A stretch of DNA of 64,000 bases from Eledone cirrhosa. Lineage: Eukaryota. The position numbers and the translations under genes were made by a program. The stretch's first letter is position 1. Every line of letters begins with the position of its first letter. Location of the stretch: NCBI GenBank assembly GCA_964016885.1, contig OZ024740.1:70866001-70930000 (forward strand). Reading direction: 5' to 3'. Of this stretch, positions 1 through 13,152 are shown in pieces. The notes under the pieces were generated by a model. The model ran no database searches. It saw only the letters and a list, made by a program, of their open reading frames with translations, and was not told where the DNA came from.

Positions 1-1266
1 ACAGCCTCGAGGAGTTCGGAGAACAAGACCGGCATAGCTAAATAAAGTTCGTATGGTAGACCATCGAGACCCGGAGATTTGCGTCTGCTGCATTGGCTGA
101 GCGCTTCACCGATTTCAGCGGCTGTGATTGGCCTTTCGCAGCACTCCGCTTCGCCGCTCGAAAGACGCGGTAGACCGTCGAGGTATGGACCGAAGTCCAC
201 ATCCCCGTCCGGCCCCACGCCCCCTCCGAACAGTCGAGCAAAGTGCCTTTGAAAGGCCTCGCACATCCGCTCAGGTTCAAGGATCACCCGTCCATCCTGG
301 TCTCGCAAAGACCGAATGGTGGATTTAATCCCACTCTTGGCTTCTGTCACGCGGGCCCAGCTAACAGCGTTGGTCCCCTCGTTTTCTAAAGCACGTATTT
401 TACTTCAGACAACGCAGCCTTCGTGCTTCGCGTCAAAGAACTGGCTCAACGCCGTTCTCGACGCTAACACTCTGTCCACGTCTCCGCTCCTAATCGCCTC
501 TCCTAGTTTATCTGTTAACTCCCTTTCCCTCCTATTTCTATTCGCCGCTAGTTCCTTACTGTAACCTATCGAACTTACTTTAATCTCTCTCTTTAGAGAT
601 ACCCACCACCTGCTGTTGACGATCGCTCCCGTCAACCGCATCTTAACTAAGCTACTAATCCGGTTCCTGTAATCTTTCTTTGCCGGCAAGGACAAGTTCA
701 TCTTCCAGTAACCGGGACCCTGTCTATGCGTTCTATCAAGGTTGACCACACAGGTCACTAATTTGTGATCTGAATAGCCAACCATGAGCAATTCTGGACA
801 ACTAAATACGTTCCTATCCTTACTCCTAACCAAAAACCTATCTAGGTACGATCTAGATTGACCACTGCGGTTTGCCCAGGTCCAGGTTGGCACAGTTGGA
901 AAATCTAGTCGAAATCTATCGACCAGGTCGAATCGATGGAGTAACCCCTTGAGCCCCGCCTTCACCGCCTCCGACGTCCAGCACCAGTAATCGACCCCCC
1001 GGGTCCGAGTGAACAATCTGTACGTCGAGAGCCAGACGTTTATCCAGCAGTACGGCAACCCCACCCCCGCTTCCGGGTTGACAGAGAGATGCGTGCATCT
1101 TAAAGTCATCGAAGGCGGGAGCCAGCTGTCGCACGCTGCTGATCCGACTCTCGCAAACAACCATCACATCTATACTTCGTGACCTGAGGTCACTTAGAAG
1201 CTTTGCTTGCTTCCAAGCTGAGCCCAGGCCACGCGCATTCAAACAGCCAACTCTCAAGTGATCTAT
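1..1266 (-). pseudogene. Copy A ORF2, N-terminal APE endonuclease and linker, disrupted
   Basis: RVGCLNARGL, VCESR, SYLDRFL, SDHKLV, GPGYWKMN motifs; relative to copy C it lacks about 180 bp including the VGDWN catalytic motif (junction near 950). Confidence 0.88.
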
Positions 1267-3130
1267 TTTGGTGTTGAAAGTGAAGAAAGAAAAGCACCTA
1301 CCTCTCCGGGTTGTGTAATTTCCATGGGGTCGGGTGTGTTGGGTGGAGGGATGTTTTGTGGTGGTGTGGGGGTATCCGAGTGTGGTGGGGTTGGGGTATT
1401 TGGAGTTGTGTCAGGGAGAGGGGAGGTTATGGGGAAATCTTTCAAGAGGACGCGATTTATCGGTTTTAAACAGGGGGGGGGGGGCTGACGTCCTGTTTAA
1501 ATTGTTCTTTTCAGGAACGATAAAGGTCCAGAGGGACCTTTATCATTTTTAAATGGGTGAAGTTCTCTGTTGAGATAAAGTTTGGCCCTTCGGTCTGCAC
1601 CAAAAGGCTATTGTTTATTAATTTAAACAGTTTTTTGTTTTCTTTATTTATATATGTGTATTGCAAAGTCTTTTTTTTGTGATGCTGTCAATGTTTCGAA
1701 GAGGGGAGGCGCAGATTTATTTTTGTTTGTTGAGGGTGGGGTGTTTTTGATTGGAGTTGGTGTTTGTGTGTGGGTTATTTGTTGTTGTGGTGTGCTGGGT
1801 GTGTACTTTCGTTTTTTTCTTTTAACTTGTCTGAAGGCTTCTCCTCCTTCTTCTTCAGAAGTTGGGGGAAACTCTTCAGCGCTAGGTGGGAGGGACGTGG
1901 TGTCTGGTTGTTGTTTTTTTGCGGGAGGGGTAGATTTGTTGCTGTTTTTTTTATTATTAGTTTGGAATATGTTTTGTGGTGGTTGTGGTGGTGGTGATGT
2001 TTGTGTCGTGCTTGTGGTTGGTGATGGTGGTGGTGATGTTTGTGTTGTGGTTGGTGATGGTAGTGGTGATTTGTGTGTCGTGCTTGTGTTTGGTGCTGGT
2101 GGTGGTGATGTTTGTGTTGTGCCTGTGGTTGGTGTTGTCTGTATTTTGTTTGCTGTGTGTGGTATTAGTGTATTTTTGGAGGTGGGTGGTGTTGGTGTAC
2201 TGTTTGTGGTGGGTGTGGGCAATAGTCCTTTTTGGGGGATACGATTCGGGCAGTTAGCCTTAACGTGTCCCCTTTCCATGCATGAATAGCATGCTGGTTT
2301 TCTCCCCTCTACAATTATATATATTGGGGTGAGGTCATCCAGCCAGATGCGATCCGGGATTTGCGCTATTCTTTCGGGCCTCATTTGGACTAGTAGGTCG
2401 AGGCCCATTCCCAGGAACGCATCTCCAGATGCCTTCCCCATTGACAGCACTGTGTCCGCGCCCATGTCTATGAAGCCAGCAATAGCCCACCAGAAGTCCA
2501 TTGTGGGCAGCATTGTCTGTATTTTAACTCTCTGTTTTCTTCTACCCATGGAGGAGGGATAGAAACTGTATGCTGTTGATGAGAGTGGGCTTAGGGAAAG
2601 CCTCTGTGCAGTTTCCTTGTCTTTTGTTAAAACAGAAATGCTGCCATAGAGTTGGTCCTTTCGTATGAAGAGAATATTCTTCATATAGTCTTTTAGGACC
2701 AACTCTATTTCCATTTGGCTGGGCTGTGCTGGCTTTCTCGAGTGGTTTAGAATTGTTCTAAACAGAACAGTGTTTTCTAGTCTCGTTTTCTTGAATTCTG
2801 GAGGGGAATTAATGGAAAACATTCCGTTCTCCCCCAAGACTATGCGTTGTTTTGCTTCTGCCAGTTTTTCTCTGGCGGCAGTCAAGTCAATAGGTGTATA
2901 TATTATAGATTTTTTTGTTGTCTGGGCGAAAGTTGCCTTGTTGTTTTTTGTATTCTTATTTTCTGTTTGTTTGTTTTCCGTTTGCTCATTTTCCGTAACA
3001 TTTGTTTTTTCATTTTCCTTGTTTGTTTCGTTGTCTAGTTTTGTTGTATCCATTTTTTGTTCTTCAGACTTGGGGGGGGGGGGGGCGTGGCAGAGCTAAT
3101 GGCAGACATGTCTGCCATCTTTCCCGCCAT
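1263..3130 (-). pseudogene. Copy A ORF1 (gag-like nucleic-acid-binding protein), frameshifted
   Basis: CYSCMERGHVKANC = CX2CX4HX4C knuckle, then a Pro/Thr-rich region; probable start MAGKMADMS at 3130, out of frame across a C14 run. Confidence 0.85.
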
Positions 3131-3338
3131 GCGTCCAACAAAGAATTTTTACAGAAAAATAGTTATTTATTTTATTTTACCCCCTAAAAAGGGGGTAAAT
3201 GTAAAAATGTTTCCCTAAATAACAGGGGTAAGTGTTCCAAATGTGTTGCACTGAAAAAATTCACTGGTACTTACTATAGTAAGGGTAAATTCCGATAGAA
3301 TAGCAGAGCCGATGTGAAGCGTGTCTCACTCTATCAAT

Positions 3339-3339
<1 letters not shown>

Positions 3340-3417
<78 letters not shown>
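3340..3417. repeat. (GATA)n microsatellite between Tx1 copies A and B
   Basis: Direct reading. Confidence 0.97.
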
Positions 3418-3656
3418 TGTTTCATTATTAGCCACAGGGGCACAAAAGAAGGGGACAAATACAAAGGGGGAAGTTTACATACAATAAAAACGTGTAAAAT
3501 ACTATCACAAATGCAATTTAAAAATTAATCGATTTTCCCCAAGAGGGAGAGACATTACATATGGGTAGCACATACCCCCGAAAAAAATGTGCAACCCTCA
3601 TCACCAGGAGTACGAAGAGTTTGTACTCCTTTCCTCTCCTCCTCTTTTTCCTCAAC

Positions 3657-6600
3657 CTACAAGCTGATATAGAGAGAAGGCCCATTCACTCAGGCCATTT
3701 TCGCCACTTTCACCCACCTTTCATAAAACTTGCTGGGGTACAGCACCTCTCTCTCCATCTTGATTCTTCTTCCAAAGTGGTATTTGAAAAAAAGAATCAG
3801 TTGTTGGCCGGAGAGAAAGGTGTCTGACCTCAGCCCTTTTAACCTCGTCCACCACCTCTTCCATACAACCACCTCGTCCATACAACCTCTTTCGCCATAG
3901 CTATCACACAAAGGAAAACCGCCTCTCCTTCGTTTTTGAAGGAGGGTGGAGGTTTGATCATGACAATGGACTCGGTGGTCAACCGGGTTGGTCCCACCCG
4001 CGACAATAGTCGTTCTACATAGCCCCACAGGTCGGTAACGCCCGGGCAGTGTACGAATGCGTGCGCGATGGTTTCTTCGTATCGCACGCATCTCGAACAG
4101 ATCTTTTTCGAAAGGTCCCTGCCCGGGCGCCCATGTTTGTAGAGCTTGTCTCGAACTGGTAGAGCTCCTCGATAGCACTGCCAGGCCAGGGACTTTTGGA
4201 AGTTGTCTATCGGTCCCGGTCAGAAGGTTCTACCGAACAGACTAGCCAGTTCGTCTTTCTCTACGCCTAGAGTTTCTCCGAGCGCGTCGTCGCACTTGCT
4301 GCGGACCAACCCTCTATAGAATGACGAAGTGGAGTCTCCGCTGATCGCCGGGTCCGCCTGCCAGAGGGCTGTAAGCGCCTGAGCACATTCGATGTGCCAG
4401 TCACCCATTGTCCTCGGTCTTTGCTTGACCCAGGACTGCAGCTCGGTCAGCGAGACGAGTCGTGGGAAGGCTCGCCTCACGAACGGGGCCCATACCGGTT
4501 GTCCGGTGAGGAATACGTGGCGGTGCCGCAGCCTGAGCGCGTGTTTGCGCATCGTCAGCCACGGTATCCCGGCCCTCCGCCTAAAGGGTGTTGGCAGCAG
4601 ATGGATCTTCTCACCAAAGGAGCCCGTTTCTTCCAAAGGAATTGGAAGAGCGCGCGCTCCATTTTGGTGAGAGTTTTGGCTGCACAAGGCACGACGGTCA
4701 AGCGGTAGTAGATGACGGACGCTATAAAAGTGTTCGCCACCTCCGCTCGACCTTTCAAGGATAGTTTGCACTCGGCCCACTTCTGGGTGAGCGCAAACAC
4801 CTTGGTCGTCACCTCGTTCCAGTTCTTCTCCACCTGGAGGTCCGGACCAAACCAGACCCCGAGCAGCTTTACCGGTCCTTCCGTCCAGCGTCCGACGACG
4901 CCATCGGATCGCATCGGTTTGCCTCTCCACGATTCGAGTTGCAAACCGACGGACTTGTCCCGGTTCAGCTTCGCTCCTGTGAACCTTTCGTATTCCTTCA
5001 GTAAGGTGCCGACTTCCTCGATTTGCGAGGTGCTCGACACCATTACTGTCACGTCATCGGCGTAGGCCGACGCTGCTTTCCGCAGTCTCGGTTGTAGAGG
5101 GATGCCCTGCAATAGCTCCAACTTCCGCAGTAGTGGCTCGAGAGTCAGTACGCACAGAAGGGAGGAGAGAGGGCATCCCTGTCGGATGGATCGCGTGATA
5201 TGGAACGGCTCCGAGAGGTAGCCGTTCACCTTGACCCTTGAACAGATGTTGCTGTTGTGCATTGCAGCAATCCAGCCCCTGAACACGGGTCCGAAGCCTG
5301 CCGCCTCGAGCACCGCATCCAGGTAACGATGGTCAACCCTATCGAAAGCCTTAGACTGATCCAAGTTGATCAGGACCCCACCGAAGCCGGGTTTACACCC
5401 TACCCTCTCTATGAAGTATCGCATGAGGTGGAGGTTGTCGTATATGGACTTGGTCGGGATTGCGCATGTCTGCGCTTCTCCCACCAGGTTTTCGACGACA
5501 AGCGCCAGCCTCTTTGCCAACACCTTCGCCAAAATCTGTAACTCTGTGTTTAGAAGAGTTATGAGCCGGAAGTTGCCTATGTCATCCTCCTTATTCTCGT
5601 CCTTCCTGACTAGTGTGACTACGCCCCTGGTCACAGAACTGGGAATTCTCCCGTTCTGCTGCCAGTTGCAGTAGACCGCTTCCAGGAGACCGGAGAACAA
5701 GTCCGGCATTGCTACGTAAAATTCGTAGGGTAGACCGTCGAGACCTGCATTGGCTCAGCGCGTCCCCTATCTCAGCGGCTGAAATCGGCTTTTCGCAGAA
5801 CTTCTCCTTGCTGTCCGAGAGTCGCGGTAGGCCGTCGAGGTATGGACCGAAATCCATAGCCCCTCCCGGCGCGCCGCCCTGCCCGAACAGCTGAAAGGCC
5901 GCGCACATCTGCTTCGGCTCACGTATCACGCGTCCGTCTTGGTCCGTCAAAGACCGAATCGTGGACTTGTTGCCACTTTTCGCCTCCGTCACCCGGGCCC
6001 GGCTAACAGCTTTGGCTCCCTCGTTACCCAGAGCACGTATTTTGCTTCTGACAACGCAGCCCTCGTGCATTGCGTCGAAGAACTGGTCTAAGGCCGTTCT
6101 CGTTGCTAGCACGCTGGCTACGTTCCCACTTCTAATTGCCTCTTCTACTTTATCTACCAGTTCCTTCTCGGTCCTATTTCTATCTAACGCTAATTCTTTA
6201 CTAAAAACTAACGAGTCTAATCTAACTGCCCTCTTGAGAGAGTACCACCATCTGTTGTTGACAATGGCCCCTGTCAAGTGCTGTTTAACTAAAGTGCTAA
6301 TCCGTCTACTGTAGGCTTTGCATGTCGGTAACGACAAGTTCAGCTTCCAGTAGCCGGGTCCTTGTCTATGGGTTCTATCAAGGTTGACCATGCAGGTCAC
6401 TAGTTTGTGGTCTGAATAAGCAACCATGAACATTTGTGGACAGCTTAACATGTCCCTATTCTTATTTCTAACTAGAACCCTATCTATGTACGATCTAGAT
6501 GTTCCGCTAATATTAGTCCACGTCCTCAGTGGCACAGTCGGAAAATCTATTCGATATCTATCGGCCAGGTCAAATCGGCCGATTAACTGTTTGAGGCTGT

Positions 6601-7079
6601 TACACCCCCCCCCCCTTTATCGGGACATGCTCCCACATAGTCTCAACGTGCATCTAGGATTCCATTCCAGTCCCCCACTAAAAGCAAGGAGCGGGACGTT
6701 CCCAGAAAAGTCTCTAGACGTTTGAAGAAGTCTGGCCGCGGTGTCCCGGATGGAGCATAGGCGGCCAGAAGGCTCCACCTTCACTACCGTCAACATCTAG
6801 GACCACCAGTCGACCCTCCTGGTCTAGATGTACCGTCTGTGTTACGAGGTCCAGGTGTTTCCGCAGCAAAACGGCAACCCCGCACCCACCTCGCGGCTGA
6901 CAGAGAGATGCGTAGATCTCAAAGTCGTCGAAGATGGGGGCCAGTTGTTGCTCGCTGTGAATCCCGGACTTGCAAATGGCTACTACATCCATACTGTGCG
7001 ACCTGAGGTCGTTTAAAAGTTTGCCCTGTTTCCAGGGCAGCCCCAGGCCGCGTACACATCCAACTCTTATATTGGCCAT
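3657..7079 (-). pseudogene. Copy B ORF2 (APE endonuclease + reverse transcriptase), several frameshifts
   Basis: MANIRVGC, SDHKLV, LDQSKAFDRVDH, RQGCPLS, AYADDV, ETIAHAFVHC motifs. Confidence 0.92.
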
Positions 7080-8821
7080 ATTGGTGCTGAAAAGTTAAAA
7101 GAAGAGGAAAAGAAATCACTCACCTCTTTGTCTCCTGGGGACCAGGCTGCACGATTTCTATGGGGGTGTTGGAGGGGTTGTCTGGGTGGGTGGTGGTTTC
7201 CGGTGGGGTGGGGATGGAGATGTTTGGTGGGGAGGGGTGTCTGGTGGGGTAGGGTGTCTGGGGTGAGGGTGGGAAACATTTTAAAAGGACGCGGTTAATG
7301 GGTTTAACACAGGGATTACCCACGTCCTTAGGAAAGTTTTCCTTTAAAGACTTATAGGTGTCCGTAGGGAGCCTAATCATCTTTAAATTAGGTCTGTCTG
7401 CACAGTTCGAAAAGTTTTCCCTTCGGTTTTCACCGAAGGGTCGTGAGAGATGACCTCCATTAAAGTTTTGTTTTCACTGTTTATGTATGTGTAATGTTCT
7501 TGTTGTGTTGCGGTGATTTTTGTCTGTTGTTCCTGTGGGAGCTTTCGTTTTGTTGTAGGTGTTTGTGTTTGGAGTGATGTCGTGGTTTTGTTTTCGGGAC
7601 GGGGGGGGGTTGTAATGTTTGTGTTGTTTGTGTTGGGGGTTGTATGTTTGTAGTGACGTTTGTTGCTTTTTTGTTTTCTTGTGGTGTCTTTTCTTCTTTC
7701 TTTTCGAACGGAGAGGCTCTCCTTCATCGTCACTTGGTGATGATGACGGGGCCTCGTCCGTTGTGGTGTATGTGTTATTTGGAAGGGGTATGTTTTGGGG
7801 AGCTGGTGTGTTTGTGGGTGTTTTGCAGTGGTTTTAGGTGGAGTTGGGTTGGGTGGGACTGTGCTTGCAGTTTGATTTGTTGTTCTTGTTTTGGTTATGT
7901 TTGCGTGTTGTTGTTGCTGTTGTTGTTGTTGTTGTTGTGGTGGTGGTGGTGGTGGTGGTGGTGGTGGTGGTGGTGGTGGTGGTGGTGGTGGTGGTGGTGG
8001 TGGTGGTGGTGGTGGTGGTGGTGTTGTTGTTTGGGGTGTTGGCAGTAGTGCCTCTTTTTTTGCAGCTAGCTGAGGACAGTAAGCCTTCAGGTGACCACTG
8101 CTTAAACAGTGGTAACATGAAGGCCGCCGACCCTCAACAGAAATGTTTATGTATGAAATCCCATCCAGAGGCACACGTTGGGGTATTTTAGCTATCCGTT
8201 CTGGCCTCATTTGGAACAGAACTTCCAGGCTTGTACCATTGAATGTGCCTCTGGAGGACTTTCCCATTGCAATTATTGTGTCTTCATCGAAATCGATGAG
8301 GCCAGTCAAAATCCACCAGACGTTTACGTTTGGTGTAATATTTGAAATTTTAATTTTTGGGGTTCTTTTTCCCATATATGTGGGGGAAAAGGTGTAAAAG
8401 GGGGACACAATTGGCGACACAGAATATGTTTGTGCATTCAATTGGTCTTTCATCAGCACCGAAATGCTTCCAAAAAGTTTACCTTTTTGGATGAAGGCAA
8501 TATCCTTCATTGATTTGTTCAAAACCAGTTCAATTTCGTTTTGGGATAATTGGACTGGTTTTTTAAACACATTTGAAACTGTCCTAAAAATTATTGTTTT
8601 TAGGATAGTTTCTCGACGTAACTGTTGAGGAGAAGTGATGCTGAAAGCACCACTCTCACCAAAAGTTACATAGTGCTTTGCTTCTTTCAACAACTCCCTA
8701 GCATTGGAGATGTCTCGATATGTAAACAGTTCCGTCTTTTGGACGGTTTGTGCAAAGGAAATCTTTTCCTTGTTTGTGGAGTTGTTCGTGTTGCTGTTGT
8801 TGTTGGTGGTGTTGTTGTTAT

Positions 8822-8852
<31 letters not shown>

Positions 8853-8942
8853 CTTGTTGTCATGATTGTTGTTGTTCTGGTTGGTGTTGTTCACATTTTT
8901 CATGTTATTGGTGTTGGTGTTACAATTAACGTTCGACAACAT
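7067..8942 (-). pseudogene. Copy B ORF1 (gag-like), frameshifted, with in-frame poly-Asn, poly-Pro and poly-Gln tracts
   Basis: CYHCLSSGHLKAYC knuckle; QMRPERIA and VEGRRP motifs shared with copies A/C. Confidence 0.85.
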
Positions 8943-9272
8943 GTTTTCAAAACTGACGATATTTTTAACGTCTTTCAATGAGGTGTTGAGTGGAGATGAC
9001 TGCGAGCTTAACACTCTCACCGCCTCTCCACCACTTCTAGTACTGGACTTAATGCAAAATTTTGTTTACAATTTTTCACCGAAAAAATTTTTTCAAACGA
9101 AAATTTCACCCCAGGAAGGGGTGAAAATGAGTTGACCCACCGTCTGAAGGTCCAGACGTGGGGTCAAGCTATAAAATAGTATCAAATTTAACAATAATTT
9201 TTTTGATTTCTTATGTAGAAAATCAACAAAAACTTACCAGTGAACTGGCACGCGTCTATCGAGATGAGAGAG

Positions 9273-9290
9273 AGATAGATAGATAGATAA

Positions 9291-9365
<75 letters not shown>
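9273..9365. repeat. (GATA)n microsatellite between Tx1 copies B and D
   Basis: Direct reading. Confidence 0.97.
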
Positions 9366-9762
9366 TCTTTTTTTATTTGCCACAAGGGCGTACAAAAATG
9401 GGACATTACAAAACGTGACGGCGAGGTTTTTACACAAAAATAACTTTAACATTAATAAATAACAATAAACTATATATAATAAAATAACAATTGAAATCCC
9501 CAATAGGAGGGAACGTTACTGCAGGGTTTTTTTACACCCCGTGGATAAAACAACCCTCAACACCAGGAATACTTTTTGTACGTGTTCCTGTCTTCCCTCT
9601 GCTCATCTTCCTCAACCTACAGGTTTATATACAGAGAAGGCCCATTCACTCAGGCCATTTTCGCCACATTCACCCACCTTTCAGTGAATTTACTGGGGTG
9701 TAGCACCTCTCTCTCCACTCTCGCCTTCCTTCTGAAGTGATAGTTAAAGAAGGGGATAAGTT
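9366..9762 (-). mobile_element. 5'-truncated Tx1 copy D (ORF2 C-terminus + 3' UTR)
   Basis: Matches the B/C ORF2 end (gagagaaggcccattcactcaggccattttcgccac) and the 3' terminal motif; 5' junction flanked by TATCTATCTATC. Confidence 0.88.
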
Positions 9763-9859
9763 GATAGATAGATATGCGAAAGGTCAACAGGGAAAAAACA
9801 ACACAGGCGGAGAATATACTATATTGGTTTATATAGTATATTAGTTTAACGCATAGAAA

Positions 9860-9900
9860 AATGTCTTAACGTTTCCGGCGTTAGTCCTTCATTAGCATTT
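9860..9900 (-). ncRNA. Degenerate hammerhead ribozyme motif (Penelope pLTR-like fragment)
   Basis: Minus strand CTAATGA-AGGACTAACGCCG-GAAACGTTAAGAC; homologous to 42460-42495 and 29527-29552. Confidence 0.45.
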
Positions 9901-10062
9901 AGATTGAGCGATAGAAGAAATTGTTGGGTAGACAGAACGGAAAACATTTTCAGAAAAATGCGAATCACAACGTATATATATATATATATTTGTGTGTGTG
10001 TGTGTGTGTGTGTGAAAGAGAGAGAGGAGAAGAGTGTATGTGAGAGAGAGAGAGAGAGAGAG

Positions 10063-10155
<93 letters not shown>

Positions 10156-10264
10156 ATGAGAGAGAGAGAGTGTGTGTGTGTGAGTGAGAGAGAGTGGGGG
10201 TGAGGACACGGTTTAATTGCTCTAACCTTTTTATAACTTGTTCTGACTACCATTTCTTTTCAGG

Positions 10265-11030
10265 TAAATGATGACATACAAGAAGCTAACTCAGCAAATA
10301 AAAAGGCACGCTGCAATCATTACCTTGAAGGCAGAGCATAGTGAATTAGAGATTGCTCGTTTCCTAAAAGTTGCATGGTCGTAAGTTTTCAAAGGTCACA
10401 TAGTGCTGGAAGACATTGGCGTGGATTCTACAGCAGCAACCAAACGTAAAACGCCTGCTAAAGGTCCTAAAACCATCAGAACACACAAATTTGTACGAAA
10501 TTATCGATAAGGACCGCAGAAAAGCAATTAGTGCTATTGATATGGAACTTAAGGTTTCAAGGCACACTATCGGAAGAATTCTGCATGAGAACTTAGAATC
10601 CAAGTCATATGTAAAGCAGAGAGACTAATTCATGTCTGCAAAGATAACTGTTTGATCCTCGCAAAGCACTTGTTGAGCAAGTTGAAACATCAAGTGTCTG
10701 GAATGCTTTGATAAGAAAAACTTTGATCAGGAGCAAAAGGTTAACCGAAGTAATGACAGATAGCTATGCAGAGACCCTAGAGAGGTACCAACGGTCATGC
10801 ATACAAAGTTTCAGGCAATTATAATGGTTCTGGGAGTCGTGAGCAACAAAGGAGATGTCATGCCGCTTCACTTCTTTCATTATAGCTTAAGAGTCAACAC
10901 TGCTGACTATAAGAAGGTGTTGAGGAGATACTATAGATAAAGAGCGTGAGCAAAGGAAGACCGTGCACTTACCAACAAGACGCTGAGTCGTCTCATAAGG
11001 CCAAGGCGACCCAAGAATGGGTTACAATCT
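10265..11030 (+). pseudogene. Tc1/mariner (maT/DD37D-like) transposase remnant
   Basis: Fragments VSRHTIGRILHENL, MHTKFQAIIMVLGVVSNKGDVMP, RPCTYQQDA..HKAKATQEW, with stops and frameshifts. Confidence 0.75.
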
Positions 11031-11214
11031 CCAGATCACGTCCCCCCAGACATATAAAGTGTTCAGTCCACCTACCCATGATTCCTGCTGAATCTTTAAT
11101 GGGGACGTTCCCATCGTTTGACGTTAATGTTACCACTTTTGATGACTGTGTCAAACACTTATCTTATTGTGCTAAATAATACCTTCAAGTATCTGCAGTT
11201 ATAAGCTTTATGTA

Positions 11215-12700
11215 TCTTTGCTGAAACTTCTTCAAGCCATTTTTACATTGCAGTTTTGACTTTGTTTCTTTGAAAGCCTTCTCATTGGACCCTCTGCAAT
11301 AAGACACTTCTCATACAGCTTGTTCTTCTCTTCAATGAGCATGGTGATTGCAGCATCATTATCATCAAACCAGTCTCGGTGTTTTGTTTTCTTAAGACCG
11401 AGTACATCAGCCCCAGCACCGTAAACCTGTGTTTTAAACTGTTCCCAAGTTCCATCAAAGGTTGTCAAGTGCATTATGAAGAGCATCTCGCATTTCTAAA
11501 CTTTGCAGTTTGGACACATCTGTATGTTTTGGAACTTATACCTCTGCTGGCCTCACTTTTCTTCTGATCTGCACTCATCCTACACGTACAAGTTTATGGT
11601 CTGTACCATATTCTGCACTACGCATTACTCTTACAGAACAGATATCTTGGAAGTCTCTCTTCCTGGTGATGATATAATCCAAGATGTATTCATATTTGGA
11701 TCTAAGGTGTATCCATATTGCCTTGTGCGTCCCCTTTTGCTGAAAAACGTATTGTACACGACCAGCTCAAACTCAGTGCATAATTGAAAAGGTGCAGACC
11801 ATTGGTATTCATCTTGCCCATGGCGTGACATCCTAAAACGCTCCAGATGTGATTGCCCTTTCCCACACGTGCATTGAAATCTCCAAGAAGCAAGATCTTG
11901 TTCGAATATGGAATCGATGTTATACATTCTCGTAAATCTTAGTAAAATGTCATGATTGATACTTGATTATTATCCAGAGTAAGGGCATACACTGAATTGA
12001 CAGTCAGTAAGCGTCCCCTTGAAAGAAGAACTCTCAGATGCATAATACGATCATCAATGCCTTGTGGTTGCTCCAACCGCTTTGTGACTTCTGTCCGGAC
12101 AGCGAAAATCTCTCCTCCATTTCTTTTCTCTCCATTTGATTTCCATTTCCAGAAAAACGTATATTCAGCACCTATCTCTGATAGAAGACTTTCACCACTA
12201 AGACAGGTTTCAGAGAGTGCAGCTATAGCAATATTATACCTGCTCAATTCTCTGCCAGCAATAGCAGTTCTACGTTCTGGATTTGTGGGTGATTCCCAGT
12301 CAAGAAGTATTCTAACATTCCATGTAGCTACATTCAACGCAATACTATTATTTTGAAAATTCTTCTGAAAATTACTATTCTTGTTTTTCTTGCTGGTATG
12401 GTCAGCAGTCTGCCACAGGTAGCTGACCAGCTTGATCGTGGAACAGACAATGTTTGGGTCACCTTTTCTACACCTCTTCCAAGATTTGGGCGAGCAGTGT
12501 TCTTTCTTGAAAGGGTTGCTCAGTTACACAAGACGTCGCTCAAGCCAGTTCCTACTCCGAAAACTGGCATTAACGTTAGATAAGCCTTAAGCCGCCTGTG
12601 TATAGATTAGTTACTGTACACCTCAAACTTGTTAGGTCTGTATGCGTCACCGCTTCCCCATCACCGCAGGACTGAAGAGATATCTGCACATGCTGCTCTC
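11215..12700 (-). mobile_element. RTE-clade LINE 5' portion (APE endonuclease pseudogene + 5' UTR)
   Basis: NVATWNVRILLD, ERRTA, RELSRYNIAIAALSET, LLGDFNARVG, KHRDWFDDND, typical of RTE/BovB-type ORFs. Confidence 0.85.
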
Positions 12701-12980
12701 TGAATATCAACAGCCAGAATCCGTAGACAAACAGATGCAAGATGATTGGTAGCTGTATCTACCGGAAGTTTATTCCACAGTGTGCTCGCAGGAAAAGAAA
12801 TATTAGTAGCTGTATCAACCGAACCGCGGGTTTTTTCCAGATAAATAAATAAGATAAAATTAAATTTAAATAAAATAATTATTTTAAAGTTTTAAAGTGT
12901 TTAAAAAAACATGCGTGCACAAATAATCCCACACACACCCACATATACATATTTACACACCCACAAAATATGCACACGCT

Positions 12981-13152
12981 ATCAGATGGCCGTTGAAGCT
13001 TATGAGTTCCTCCGCTTTTTGTCATGCTTTGTTTTTAATCCCGCAGGGTGTTCAAAACCACTCTCCTCGCCAAGCAAGCTTAGTGGGGTTGCCAGTTGAG
13101 TCACCGACGACCCGACCATGTGACAGGTTGCACTGAGTCAGAAGCGACTTCA
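12981..13152 (-). mobile_element. Diverged 5' fragment of the (TATG)n-associated RTE-derived element
   Basis: Homologous to the head of 15389-15991 (catggtcgggtcgt...actggcaacccca); preceded on its own strand by (TATG)n. Confidence 0.75.

Larger units (their letters stand above)
1..3337 (-). mobile_element. Tx1/L1-clade non-LTR retrotransposon, copy A (5' part; runs off the window start)
   Basis: Gag-like ORF1 with CCHC knuckle, followed by APE-endonuclease ORF2; closely similar to copy C (23735-29433) in opposite orientation; 5' end abuts (TATC)n. Confidence 0.92.
3418..9263 (-). mobile_element. Tx1/L1-clade non-LTR retrotransposon, copy B (full length, diverged subfamily, degenerate)
   Basis: ORF1 plus ORF2 (APE, RT, C-terminal Zn motif); 3' end GTGGCTAATAATGAAACA then (TATC)n; (TATC)n also at the 5' side. 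Confidence 0.92.

Noticed and set aside
1654-2289. Gly/Val/Cys-rich antisense ORFs (also 7644-8191, 24786-25496)
   Set aside because: Reverse frames of the Pro/Thr-rich Tx1 ORF1
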